Source of the DNA: Octopus bimaculoides
Lineage: Eukaryota
Direction: 5' to 3'
DNA: 64,000 bases
Assembly: GCF_001194135.2 (NCBI RefSeq)
Contig: NC_068991.1
Span: 41,024,334 to 41,088,333, forward strand
A model generated the notes under the pieces. The model saw only the letters and a list, made by a program, of their open reading frames with translations, was not told the DNA's origin and did not search any database. A program made the position numbers and the translations under genes. This document shows positions 12,620 through 24,754 of the stretch, one piece after another (position 1 is the first letter of the stretch; each line of letters opens with the position of its first letter).

Positions 12620-13312
12620 AAAATACTCCTCCAGTACTGTTCTGACCTCATCTACAGAATAAATAGTAAACAAATGGGGCAATGTCCGGTGAATACGGTG
12701 AGTGGAGTATTGTTTCCCATTCAAACTGCTCAAGCCTTTGGAATGTTATCCTCGCTGTATGTGGCTGAGCATTATCCTAATGGAAGAACATCTTTTGTCT
12801 TGAAACCAAAGATGGTCATTTTTCTTCTAGCGCTGACTTGAATGACCAAATCCAAGCTTCTCTGCTAGTTCCTTAACAGCTACAATGGAATTTTGTTCCA
12901 CCAGGGTTTGCCAGACATCCTTGTTGAGCTCTACAGATCTTCCAGGACAAGGCTCACCTTCTAGGCTGTAGTTTCTGGCTTGGAATTTCTGGAACTGGTT
13001 GAGATTGGCTTACGCTTATTGTCCGATCCCCATATACTGCATTAATATTCTTCGCACTTTCCATTGCATTGTTGCCTTTATTGAACTCATAAAGCAAAAT
13101 ATGCCGAACATACTCCTTTGTCATTTTCATTACAGCTTTGAAAAAATAACTGTTAAAATCGAACTGCACTCTTCAAAACTCGCACTAAGAATAAGGACAA
13201 GGTAAAATTACTACCTGCTTTTATAGCAAGTTAATACAGATAGTTTATCCTGTCCCACTCTGACTTTTAGTTCATGCAATTGAAAAAACCACATTACTTA
13301 TGAGATGACCAA
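12620..13312 (-). mobile_element. Internally deleted mariner transposon, 3'-truncated, inside a Helitron-like element
   Basis: TA|TTGGTCATCTCATAAGTAATG TIR at 13312. Transposase HTH remnant MTKEYVRHILLYEFNKGNNAMESAKNINAVYGDRTIS and C-terminal DEVRTVLEEYF. Same family as 46162-47037 and 57382-58101. Confidence 0.85.
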
Positions 13313-13640
13313 TATATTTAGATAGATGATAAGCAGCTTTCTTTATTATAGTACAGATGTGACGAGTTCAGAAAAACATTACTTTCATTATTCACACAGC
13401 GTCACTTGTAATGCAGCACTTTGTAATTTTGGTTCAAATTGAAAGTGTGAAGCTATTTTCACTTTCTAATGAAACCTGATTGTTGTAGAGCAGTGTCTTT
13501 CAAATAACTAAAGCTGGTTGTTGAGATAATGTAGAAAATATTTAAATGAAAATAAAATTTATTTGGTAGCCGAAAGATTACTGAATCTTTTGATACCCCA
13601 TACATCAAAATCGGAAACTCAGCTTTTGAATGCATAAGGG

Positions 13641-13676
<36 letters not shown>

Positions 13677-13697
13677 TCTCTCTTTTATATATATAGA
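13313..13697 (-). mobile_element. Non-autonomous Helitron-like element, 5' part, followed by the mariner insert
   Basis: Minus strand starts TCTATATATATAAAAGAGAG-(TG)n and is collinear with 45824-46161 and 15048-15424. Confidence 0.7.
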
Positions 13698-14171
13698 CTA
13701 GCAATGCATCCTGGCGTTACCCAGGTTTTATNNNNNNNNNNNNNNNNNNNNNNNNNNNNNNNNNNNNNNNNNNNNNNNNNNNNNNNNNNNNNNNNNNNNN
13801 NNNNNNNNNNNNNNNNNNNNNNNNNNNNNNNNNNNNNNNNNNNNNNNNNNNNNNNNNNNNNNNNNNNNNTTTCTTTAAGAAAAAAGGAAGAAGAAAATTT
13901 TTAAAGATTTGCACTCTCTGTTTTTTACCAAGAAAAAAATTTGGAAATTAAGTAAAAAATGAAGAAATTGGGGTGGAAAGGGAGAAAATTAAAATATGGA
14001 GAACGTGTTTTTGGGGTGAAATCTTAATCTCCTGTATTGAAAACATAAGGATCAGAAGACATTTAAAAAAAAAAATGGGGGGATGGGGCAAATATTACCT
14101 CAGACATGCTAAAAACAACCGGTAAAGGACAGGATTTCTGGGAAAACTTCCTTTTAAGTTTATATCGAAGA
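13698..14171 (-). mobile_element. Second non-autonomous Helitron-like element, abutting the previous one
   Basis: 5' A|TC at 14172|14171. 3' hairpin CCTGGGTAACGCCAGG followed by ATGCATTG-CTAG ending at 13698. Interior partly N. Confidence 0.7.
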
Positions 14172-14911
14172 TCAGGTTTTTAAATATGCTCATCACAAAC
14201 ACATATTACACAATAGAAAAAGGTGATTTCAATTGGATTTGAACTGTAATTTTGCATTAGCACAAAGCAAGAAATAACATAATTCATACAGAAGTGTTTC
14301 CTAGAGTGTGAGTGCCAAAGGAAGTTATTTTATGGCATTCTTTCATTGGAAGCAGTAACATTTTCAACTTGATCATATGATCGTTTGTTAATTCCTGTTA
14401 AAGATTTTTATTTCTTTATATTTTGAAGAGTGCAGAAATTGAAAGAGAGGAGAATGTGAAAAGGCGACATTTGCCTTGAAGTGAGAGCAGAAAGTGAAGG
14501 ATGTGTGTATGTGTATATTAAATGGATGTTTGTGTGTGTGTGTGTGTATGCATGTGCATAAGAGAGAATGTGTGAGTGAAGGTATGTGTTGTCACGTATG
14601 TATCTTTTTGTGTGTATGTGTAAGTGGCACTCACTTGTTCTCTTTGTCTCTGTCTCCCTCTCTCTTTCTCATGCACACACACATGATCTTTCATATACAT
14701 ATGCATACATCTTTTTTTTATGTATGTGTGCATGTGCATGTGAAAGAGAATGAGTGACTATTTCCTCATAACATATAGAGAAATGGATGTCTTGTAATGA
14801 AATTTTTTTGGTTATGGCTTATTTGAATACAATATTTATGCTTACATTTTCATAAATGTTTATCTGAGTAGAATTCTATGCATGCATGAAGCATCAAACG
14901 AAAGTGATACA

Positions 14912-15424
14912 TTAGAAGCAAATTGAAATATTGCCCGAAAATGACCTCAACATTGTGCGACCCAACCTTGTTTCCGATGTTATTTCAGTTGTAAAAAAGA
15001 GTTGTTGTGCCAAAAACATAGTTCATTTGGTAGCCTTTATATATATAGATAGATAATAAGCAGCTTTCTGTATTATAGTACAGATTTGACTAATTTGGAG
15101 AAACATTGCTTTCGTTATTCACATAGCGTCACTCCTGTAATGCAACAATTAGTAATTTTGGTTTAAATTGAAAGTGAGAAACTATTTTCACTTACTAATG
15201 AAACCTGATCATTGTAGAGCAGTGTCTTTCAAATAACTAAAGATGGTTGTTTAGATAACGTAGAAAATATGTAAATGAAAATAAAATTTATTTGGTAGCC
15301 GAAAGATTATTGAATTTTTTGATACCCCAAACGTCAAAATCAGCAACTCAGTTTTTGAATGCATAAGGAGCATACACACACAATCATGCACACACACACA
15401 CACACACTCACTCTTTTATATAGA
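14912..15424 (-). mobile_element. Helitron-like element without the mariner insert (empty-site copy)
   Basis: A|TCTATATAAAAGAG start and ...GGGCAATATTTCAATTTGCTT-CTAA|T end. At the TA run (about 15038-15047) it reads directly on into AAGGCTACCAAATG, where 45824-47164 has the mariner. Confidence 0.75.
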
Positions 15425-15436
15425 TATATATAAATA

Positions 15437-15790
15437 CATCATCATCATCATCATTTAGCATCCATTATCCATGCTGGTATGGGTTGGATGGTTTGACCAG
15501 GACTGGTAAGCTGAGGGGCTGCACAAGACCCTAGTTTGATTTAACATGGTTTCTACAGCTGGATACTCCTAACACCGACCACTCCAAGAGTGTAATAGGT
15601 GCTTTTATGTGACACTGGCATGGATGCTAGTTGCATGACACCAGTATCTGCCATGACTGTGATTTCACTTGGCTTGATGGGTTTTCTTCTCAAGTACAAC
15701 ATATTGCCAAAAGTCTCAGTCGTTTGTGACTGACTTTGCGAGGCCCAGCACATGGAAGGTGCTTTCTACATGCCACAGGCGGGGGTGCTA
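15437..15790 (-). mobile_element. RTE-family non-LTR 3' end with (GAT)n tail
   Basis: CATCATCATCATTTAGCATCC...CCATGCTGGTATGGGTTGGATGGTTTGACC...TTTCTACAGCTGGAT, a motif shared with many copies in the window. Confidence 0.75.
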
Positions 15791-15804
15791 GTTACGCAAC
15801 ACTG

Positions 15805-16030
15805 ACAGAGCTGGCAGAAACGTTAACATGCTGGGTGAAATGCTTAGCGGTATTTTGTCTGCCGCTACATTCTGAGTTCTAATTCCGCCGAGGTCGACTT
15901 TGCCTTTCATCCTTTCGGGGTTGATTAAATAAGTACCAGTTACGCACTGGGGTCAATATAATCGACTTAATCCATTTGGCTGTCCTTGTTTGTCCCCTCT
16001 GTGTGTAGCCCCTTGTGGGTAGTAAGAAAA
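15805..16030 (+). mobile_element. Near-complete SINE of the dominant family
   Basis: tRNA-like head (GAGCTGGCAGAA...TGAGTTCTAATTCCGCC), core GAGGTCGACTTTGCCTTTCATCCTTTCGGGGTTGATTAAATAAGTACCAG, and a body matching the reverse copy at 47880-48110. Confidence 0.8.
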
Positions 16031-16059
16031 TAACACTAACAACAGCCACAACTATGATG

Positions 16060-16915
16060 TCACTTGGCTCAACAGGTCTTCTCAAGCACGGGATATTACC
16101 ATGAGTCATTGCCTCTGTAAGGCTCAATGTTGGAAGATCATGCTTTATCACCTTGTCCTATGTCTTCCTGGGTCTGCCTCTTCCTCAGGTTTCCTCAACC
16201 ATTAGAGTGTAACACTTCTTTACACAGCTGTCCTCATCCATATGCATCACATGACCATACCAACAGTCGTCCCTTTTGCACACCATATCTTATGCCTAAC
16301 TTTTCTCTCAAGACGCTTACACTCTGTCATATATGCACACTGACATTGCACATCCAGCAGAGCATACTAGCTTCATTTCTTTCAAGCCCATGTATGTCCT
16401 TGGCAGTCACAGCCCATGTTTTACTGCTGTGTAACATGGCTGTTCACAAACAGGCATCATACAATCTGCCTTTCACTCCAAGTGAGAGGCCCTTTGCTAC
16501 CAACAGAAGTAAGAGCTCTCTGAACATTGCCCAACCTATTCTTATTCTAGCAGCTACGCTCTCAGAGGATCCACCCCAGCTACTGGTAATGGAAGCTATC
16601 AACTTCTAGTTTTTCCCTCTGGCATTTGATGGAGTCTATTTTCTGTACATTTTTAGTGTTAATTGTATCTGTGCACCTTCCACACACAAAAACTACTTTC
16701 CTTGTTAACCTTCTTCTGATATTGCTGCACCTCTTATGCACCCATAGCTTACACTGAGTACATCTTATGGAATTTCTACCTACATCTTTCCTACAGACTG
16801 AGCAGGGCCATCTACTTTGGGGGATTGGTAATTTGTCTACTTTCCTACTTACTAAGATTTTGGTTTTTGCTAGGTTAACTCTAAAGTCCTTCGATTTTAG
16901 ACCGTGCTTCCACAC
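16060..16915 (-). mobile_element. Degenerate RTE LINE ORF, RT C-terminal region with Cys/His finger
   Basis: WKHGLKSKDFRVNLAKTKILVS...WPCSVCRKDVGRNSIRCTQCKLWVHKRCSNI...FVCGRC, then LEVDSFHY and downstream RTE-like sequence matching 34130-34450 and 51240-51640. Confidence 0.85.
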
Positions 16916-16967
16916 CCTAAACTTTCATGGGACTGTCACATTAAGTTGACAACATACTACCACTTTT

Positions 16968-17003
<36 letters not shown>

Positions 17004-17374
17004 NNNNNNNNNNNNNNNNNNNNNNNNNNNNNNNNNNNNNNNNNNNNNNNNNNNNNNNNNNNNNNNNNNNNNTAGTTGAAAGTTACCACGAGCAAAAGAG
17101 CTTAGGAGTAAAACTTGCAAATATTCAAATTTGTAGAATTTTCTGTATGTTTCCTGATTATGGCGGAATGGACATTAATACAAGTGGATGATGCATACAT
17201 CAAGAAAAAGTGCTAAGAGGTTTTGGTTGTGGCTGCTTCTACCAGTCTTACACCTTGGAAAATGACTTAAGCAGATACAATCAGAGAAACCAAAATATTA
17301 TTTTGTTTTGCAGCATTCTCTAATCTATGCTATGACTAAATAATTATCACAACAATAATAATTATTTCTATGAA

Positions 17375-17800
17375 GCAGAAAGTCAACAATTTTGAGGATA
17401 AAGGGAAAGTTAATTACATCAACCTCAATACTAGATTAGTACAATATTTCATCAACCTGAATGGAAGAAAGGCAAAGTTGACCTAAGCAGGATTTGAACT
17501 CAGAAGAACCAGGAGCAATACTACAAATCATTTTGTCCAATGCTCTAATGATTTTACCTACCCTTCATCATCACAGCAATAATAATAATAAGGGTTTCTA
17601 ATTTTGGTACAAGCTCATAAATTTTGAAGGGAGGGGATTAGTCACTATCATTGACCCCCTGTACTTGACTGGTACTGCATTTTATCAGCTCTGGAGGGAT
17701 GAAAAATAAAGTTGGCCTCAGTGGGATTTGAACTTGGAACATAAAGAGCCAGAACAAATACTTTACAGTATTTGTTCTGACACTAACAATTCTGTCACCT
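17375..17800 (-). mobile_element. Two tandem reverse SINE copies
   Basis: GGAAGAAAGGCAAAGTTGACCTAAGCAGGATTTGAACTCAG (about 17465) and GGGATGAAAAATAAAGTTGGCCTCAGTGGGATTTGAAC (about 17700). Confidence 0.7.
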
Positions 17801-18410
17801 CATCAGTAATGATGATGATGCAGAGTTCTTCTCGCCATTTTAGCCTAGAAATTCCACACAAAATCTATACAACTGAAACATGAGTAATCTGTATTAAGAA
17901 ACTAATCCAATAAGGACTTCCTTTACATTAAATCTATTCATCAACCAGTGTTTGAAATATAATTCTTTTCTCATTAGTAGCTAACCTGAATCCATTATAC
18001 ATATCAATGCGCAAGACTATTGGATTCCTGACAAATACTTTGACTAGAACTGTGAATCAGATGCTAATAATCAAAGACAAGCTTCATGTTAACTAAGCTG
18101 CTTAACATATTCTTAGTTCAGTTTTTTTGATTAGTTTATGATAGAATTTCTAGGTTGGATAATCTAAATGCTAAACCATTTAGTATCAAGTGTTGCAAAA
18201 GATTGAGTATGACATGTTTGTCAAGGTGATGCAAGAAACAAATAATATGACAAAGGGAACTAACATTATTTAGAATACAGAAGTCGGATTAAATTTCAAT
18301 TGGTTTTAATTTACTTCAAAAGTGAGGTTGGAGGTGTTAAAACATAAACTAAAGCTAAAATTTTTTTAGTAGTTTCTGCAGTTTCTATTGTAACATTATA
18401 TATCTCAATA

Positions 18411-19390
18411 TACAGGGTATTTGGACTAAATTTGACGGTTTGCTTAGAAAAGAAGGAAACAATTATCCCATTCAAAAATAAAAGTATATTAAAAAATCAA
18501 AAAAAATATCAACTAGATTATAGCTGAGAGATAACAGTTTACTCAATGTAGTCACTCTCAGCTTCCATCATGGCTTCAAGATGGCTCTGGAACCTGGTGC
18601 ATGCATTTCTCACTGTGCCTCTGGGAAGATCTTCAAATACCTCCTTGATCCTAGCCACCAGCTCAGCCTTCACATTGCTAGAAGAGCAGTTTGTGTTTTT
18701 CTCAACTATGCCACACACATAGTAATCTATGAGATTATAATCAAGGGAATTAGGAGACCAGAAATTGGGCTAGTGAAGTGTATAAATTCTCTGACAACTA
18801 CTTCTGACTCTTTCCAGAGGTATGGTAAGGAACCCAATTCTGCTGCCACACAATATGGTCTTCCAGCAGCAACCCTCTCCAGCCAGAGTTTGACCACAGT
18901 CTCCAAGAGCTTCAAATAGCATCTGAATTGAACTTAGGGCCCTATTCGAAGATGTTAGGCAGCATGACGTCACTGTCACTGGAGACACATTCAAAGACCA
19001 TTGCCTTCCTGCTGGCCATGACTTTGTAGTCTCCATTGCAGTTGTCCATGTCACACCTTACAGCCTTTGCAGTGTTCACAGAGCATTGAGCAGCAGTCAT
19101 GATGTCGACATTTTGATACTTGGTGCAAATCATCAAGATACAGATAAATCTTTTCCTATATTCAGATGACTTCCAGTCCTTTATGTCAGTTAACTTTTTC
19201 TCAACTACAACTTTAATCTTTATTCTTTCCAATGCCATTGACTATTCACCAATACATCAAGCTGTTCCTGAAAAATAGAGACAAAGTAATCCTCATATTT
19301 AGCCCTAACACCTTGTAAGAGGCATTATGGTGGCAGAAGAAATAAGATCTCAGTCTCTTGATTTGTGAATTGAGATGACACACTGAATAC
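18411..19390 (-). mobile_element. Fossil Tc1/mariner-superfamily transposon, maT/DD37D-like
   Basis: Across frameshifts: VFECVSSDSDVMLPNIFE...LKLLETVVKLWLERVAAGRPY-VWQQNWVPYHTSGKSQK*LSEN...FWSPNSLDYNLIDYYVCGIVEKNTN...AELVARIKEVFEDLPRGTVRNACTRFQSHLEAMMEAESDYIE*. Candidate end TA|CAGGGT near 18411; ends are tentative. Confidence 0.75.
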
Positions 19391-22237
19391 TTGGATAAAG
19401 CTGTTAACTCCACTTAAGAAAATTAATAAATAAGTTACTTGGTTATAAAATTAACTTGTTAAATGACAATTGGTTGGTAAAGTAGCTTAGTTTCCTCAAG
19501 GAGGCTATTTAGTCGTGAAACTCTAAATGAACTTATTGTCACTTGGTTTGATACAGTAACTTAGTTTCCTCAGTTTAAATTGTATTGAGAGGAAAATGGT
19601 TGAGAGTAATAGACTCCAGAATATTATAATAAAGCTCATCATTTCATGTCTGTTTTTCTCATGCTGGCTTGAGATGGACAGTTGTTATAGCATTTTGTTT
19701 CATTACTTATTTCAGTCCTTTGTCACCAAGCACAAAGCAACAGAGAAAACTGCCAATCTTTGATACATTTTTCCTTTGCATGGTTTACAGTTAGATGTCC
19801 TTCCTATCAGCAGTCACTTTAGAGTTTGAACTGATAATATTTTCTCAAGCACACTACAGGCAACACTAGACTGCCTGTCTGCAGCAAGACCAGAGTTGCT
19901 TCTATTCTTTATCAGTTTTATTTTGAATTATTGCTTCATTCATCCTTTTTAGGAAACAAGCATGGATTTTACAACTGAATGCCCTTCCATTCACAAACCA
20001 TTTTACAGCATGGACAATGTACAGTTTGTCTTGTTACTGTTCTTGAAAAGTTTTGTGTAACAGGATTAAAAGTTACCCACTAAAATCTAAAATACATGAG
20101 AAAAAAGGCAATAAAAACCAACAAATTACTGATTTACTTGAAATATGTTAATCTTTTTGACATCAACCAGCTTTGATCATCTATGATAGAATCCACATTT
20201 CAGCACAGAATGAACCAAACATCAAAAGGATAGACATAACTGTAGAGAACAGCAAATGCCAGGTCTGTAGCTAGACTTGTGGATCCCACATTGGCCAACA
20301 CAGTCATATGTGGGTCCACACAAGTTAAATCTGGAGAACCATTCTGAACCCTTAAACACTGCTCCTGATGTTGAAGATCTGAACTAAAATCAGCTGTTCA
20401 TATTTTTTTGTTAGCTGATTAATTGCACACAGAGAGAAACTCTGTACAGTAACTGAGTAAATCACCAACTATGAATAAATAATTTTTTACTAACAAATCT
20501 TGACAACACTTTCTTTTGTTTATACATTCAAACATATATGTGCGCACATGTGTATGTGCATGTGTGTGTATGTGTGTGTGTGTATTTATATATATATATA
20601 AATATATATNNNNNNNNNNNNNNNNNNNNNNNNNNNNNNNNNNNNNNNNNNNNNNNNNNNNNNNNNNNNNNNNNNNNNNNNNNNNNNNNNNNNNNNNNNN
20701 NNNNNNNNNNNNNNNNNNNNNNNNNNNNNNNNNNNNNNNNNNNNNNNNNNNNNNNNNNNNNNNNNNNNNNNNNNNNNNNNNNNNNNNNNNNNNNNNNNNN
20801 NNNNNNNNNNNNNNNNNNNNNNNNNNNNNNNNNNNNNNNNNNNNNNNNNNNNNNNNNNNNNNNNNNNNNNNNNNNNNNNNNNNNNNNNNNNNNNNNNNNN
20901 NNNNNNNNNNNNNNNNNNNNNNNNNNNNNNNNNNNNNNNNNNNNNNNNNNNNNNNNNNNNNNNNNNNNNNNNNNNNNNNNNNNNNNNNNNNNNNNNNNNN
21001 NNNNNNNNNNNNNNNNNNNNNNNNNNNNNNNNNNNNNNNNNNNNNNNNNNNNNNNNNNNNNNNNNNNNNNNNNNNNNNNNNNNNNNNNNNNNNNNNNNNN
21101 NNNNNNNNNNNNNNNNTATATATATATATATATGTGTTTGGTGTTTCAACCATTGTGTTTACTAAACTATTTAGTAAATGCAAATTTGATAATTGAATAC
21201 TGAGAGAAAATACTGTTACAGCTGGGTAGCCTTCCTACTATTCAATTGTGAAGTAATAATATTTGTTATTTCATACATAGAAAGATGGAGTAATTCTTTT
21301 TCTCCAAGGATAATATACAATAGTTATAGTAAATTGCTTTGAAATTATAACCATAATGAGGAACATGAAGTGACATCTTACCCTTGACTTCTCTGGATTC
21401 TATTATTTCAAAGGATTTTACTGCAGGAAAACTAAAGATGTTGCTTACAGCTAGATGAGGTTAAGAAGGTTGGATTTTAAGTTGACCTTGATCAATAACA
21501 CTTACAAGATTATTTTAAGTAACAACTGCTTATTAAATAGGAATCCATTATAAAGGTATGTCTAAGTTGTTTGCATTAATAACCTGCTAAAACCCAAAAT
21601 GTGATAAAGGATTTATGCTAAAATGAAAAGGGAAGAATAGTATACTGAGAAGGTAAAAATGTGTATCAGCTTATATTTTTTAGTTAAGATAAAAATCAAT
21701 AAGATCATCTCTGTACATTTGTTGGCTGTCAGTAACTAGGGATAATTTAAAGAACCCATCATTTTTATGTTCACTTTTCCATGCTTGCTTTAGTTAACTG
21801 AAGTTTTCTTTAGACAGATTTTTCTATGGTTAGATGCTCTTCTTGCAATTTGCAACCATATTTTTGATGTTCAACTTTCAAACTTTACCTATTATATATC
21901 CATCATTGATAATATAAGTACTAGGTATGTATTGATTATCAATTAACTGTACCACTATCTTTCTACAAGCATATATCAAGCTCTCAGTGAGTTTGGTTTA
22001 TGATCTAGTTTCAGCTCCTAGTATAACGCCATTTCACTTCACTTTATTTACACTGGGGTTATGGAAATCTACCCATTTGCTCTACCACAACAAATTTAGA
22101 CATATCAATTATTATGCCCTGTAAACATTTTTAAAAAAGCTTTATTACAAATTAATAGTTCGATTCAATTTCATAGGGAGGTAGGATGGTGATAAGCATT
22201 TTGTAATACCTGGCGTGGCAAATATATTTACCCATTA

Positions 22238-22472
22238 CAGTAATCCCTCGACTACTGCAGGTGTTATGTTCCAACCTCACCAACCCCCACCCCCGTGATA
22301 GGTGAAAATCCGCGAAGTAGAAACAGTACTGTACTGCAGACTTTTTAAAATTATTTTTATAATTTGTATATATTTCTTTTATTATAAATGCAAAACAACA
22401 CCATGGAGGAATCGACGTAAGCGTAAATAATAAACCACAATAGGTGAACCGCGATATGGTAAGTGATTACTG
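22238..22472. mobile_element. TA-flanked pogo/Tigger-like MITE
   Basis: TA|CAGTAATCCCTCGACTACTGCAGG ... CCGCGATATGGTAAGTGATTACTG|TA: imperfect TIRs and TA duplication. Confidence 0.75.
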
Positions 22473-22564
22473 TAATCATAAAATGAAAGGTTTTATGTTT
22501 TTGTTAATGAAGTTTACAGGTTGATTGCTATATTTATTGACAATATTTTATATATATTTTATAT

Positions 22565-22790
22565 GGCGAACTGACAGAATTGTTAGCTTGCCAGGCAAAA
22601 GTTCTTAGTGGCATTTTGTCCATCTTTATGTTCTGAGTTCAAATTCCACCAAAGTCAACTTTGCTTTTCATCATTCCAGGATTGATCAAATAAGTACCAG
22701 TTGAACACTGGGGTTGATGTAATAGATTTATCCCCTCCCCAGAAATTGCTGGTCTTGTGCCAAAATTTGGAATCAATACTTTGCATATAT
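22565..22790 (+). mobile_element. SINE, dominant family
   Basis: TGAGTTCAAATTCCACCAAAGTCAACTTTGCTTTTCATC...AAATAAGTACCAGTTGAACACTGGGG. Confidence 0.75.
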
Positions 22791-23319
22791 TTACAATTCA
22801 AAATGGCCATCCTTTGCTTTCAAACTGCCCTTATTTTTTTCTCAAATGAAGTGAATGACTTATGTTTACATAATGGATAAATACATATGTTGCACCCAGT
22901 ATATCTAAAAGATCTCAGGAAAGAAAAACAACACATAGTACAAAGTAACCAATTTCATGCTGTAAAGAAGAAGACCATCCTTCATTAAGAAACAGACATT
23001 AATGAAGCATGATAGATAAAAGTCAACAGAAGTAATAGTGCTTAGGGATGCTTCTCAGTAGAAAACATGTTCTAGTCAACATATTGAATGGGTTTTATCA
23101 AGAATGTTTGGGTTTATTTTATATAGATAAATGTATAAATTGTTGAGAAAGAGCTCCAAAACTCTTTTCTGTTTCTTTCTAACAGTGTACAATTAATTAA
23201 TTAATCAATTACTTTGTACTCCTGTTTGAGTTGTTTTTCATTCTTGAGATCTTTTGTATGGATTAGAATTTACTAATTTATAAAGAGAGTAATTTGTATT
23301 ATAATAAGAAGAGGGTTTA

Positions 23320-23670
23320 TTAATTACATCAAACCCAGCGCCCAACTGGTACTTGATTTTATTGACCCCACAAACTGATGAAAAGAAAAAAAAATGATCT
23401 TGACAGGATTTGAACTCAGAGTGTAAAGAGCTGGAATAAATATGGCAAGTATTTTTACTGATACTCTAGCAATTATCAGCTTTCTCTCTTTAAGAATTGA
23501 TTCTAATTTAGACACAAGATCAGAAATTTTGAGGGGAAGAGGTAAGTGAATACTATCAACATCAGAAGAATGAAAAGCAAAGTTGATTTTAGTGGGATTT
23601 AAATTCTGAATACAAAGAGCCAGAAGAAATACTGCAAGAGATTTTACCAACACTGACAACACTTCCAAGC
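23320..23670 (-). mobile_element. Two tandem reverse SINE copies
   Basis: CAACTGGTACTTGATTTTATTGACCC...GGATTTGAACTCAG (23340-23420) and GAATGAAAAGCAAAGTTGATTTTAGTGGGATTTAAATTCTG (about 23570). Confidence 0.7.
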
Positions 23671-23800
23671 AAGAAGTAACATAGATAAAGAGGAAGCTCT
23701 AAAAATCCAGGTCTACAGCCCAAATCCAGTTCCTAGTTTGCTGCCAATATCCTTGTGGGAAAGATATAAGCATATCCTCCTCCTAAATCACAACTAGTTA

Positions 23801-23841
23801 CATCATCATCATCATCATCATCATCATCGTCGTCGTCATTG

Positions 23842-23881
<40 letters not shown>

Positions 23882-24090
23882 TTAACATTAGGTTTTCATG
23901 CCTGCATGGGTTGGACAGTTTGACCAGAGCTGGCAAGCTAGAGAGCTGCACCAGGTACCAGTCTGATTTGGCCTGATTTCTACTTTGCAATGTATGCTAG
24001 GTGCTTTTAACATGGCATCAACATGAGCACTTTTAAGTGGCACTGAAATGAGTGCTTTTTATGTGGCACTGGCACAGGACTCTTGTAGGC
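23801..24090 (-). mobile_element. RTE 3' end with expanded (CAT)n microsatellite tail (23801-23878)
   Basis: About 25 CAT/CGT units followed by TTTAACATTAGGTTTTCATGCCTGCATGGGTTGGACAGTTTGACCAGAGCTGG. This is the source of the poly-D ORF. Confidence 0.8.
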
Positions 24091-24754
24091 CAGCTCAAAC
24101 TGCATAATTCATATTTGAAGCAGTAGCAGTACCAGCAGTTCTCTGAACATGCATTACAAGTTCAATTATAGTACAATTTAAGCAAGCTTTGCGCAATTAC
24201 AATACTGTTATATTGCCAAGTAATGAAAATTCAGTACAACAGACAAACATAGATTGCAGCTCGACCAACCTCTGTTATGATCAATACACACCATTTTTAT
24301 TTTGAGGAAGGTTTGTGTGTGGGAATCTTATCAGTGTTGATAATTTCATCAGATATTGAATTAAACCTTATAATCCAGATGTCAAGTTACAATGCAGTAT
24401 ATTTCTATAAAATAACCACAAAAAATAATCTCAAAATCCTTATTAATCCACCATCTTAGAAAACACTTTGACTATTTTTTTAATTTTTGTTGTCATTTAT
24501 CCCTAATTAACAACCTTATGATTAAAAAAGCATTACAACCCTGATTATCTTGTCTTTTTTGTTAGACATAAGATGCTTTGGACTACATTATTCAATGTAT
24601 TATTCTTAAAAGTATGCTATTATCAAAATTTAGCTGTTATTTCTATCATGCTACATAACAACATAGATATTACCCAATGTTATAATTCCTGTAGAAATAG
24701 GTAGGGTATTATCCTTGTTAAGACAACAACAAAAAATTCCACTTTTAAAAAGTT

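Noticed and set aside
23733-23990. Poly-Asp ORF
   Set aside because: Translation of the (GAT)n tail of an RTE element.
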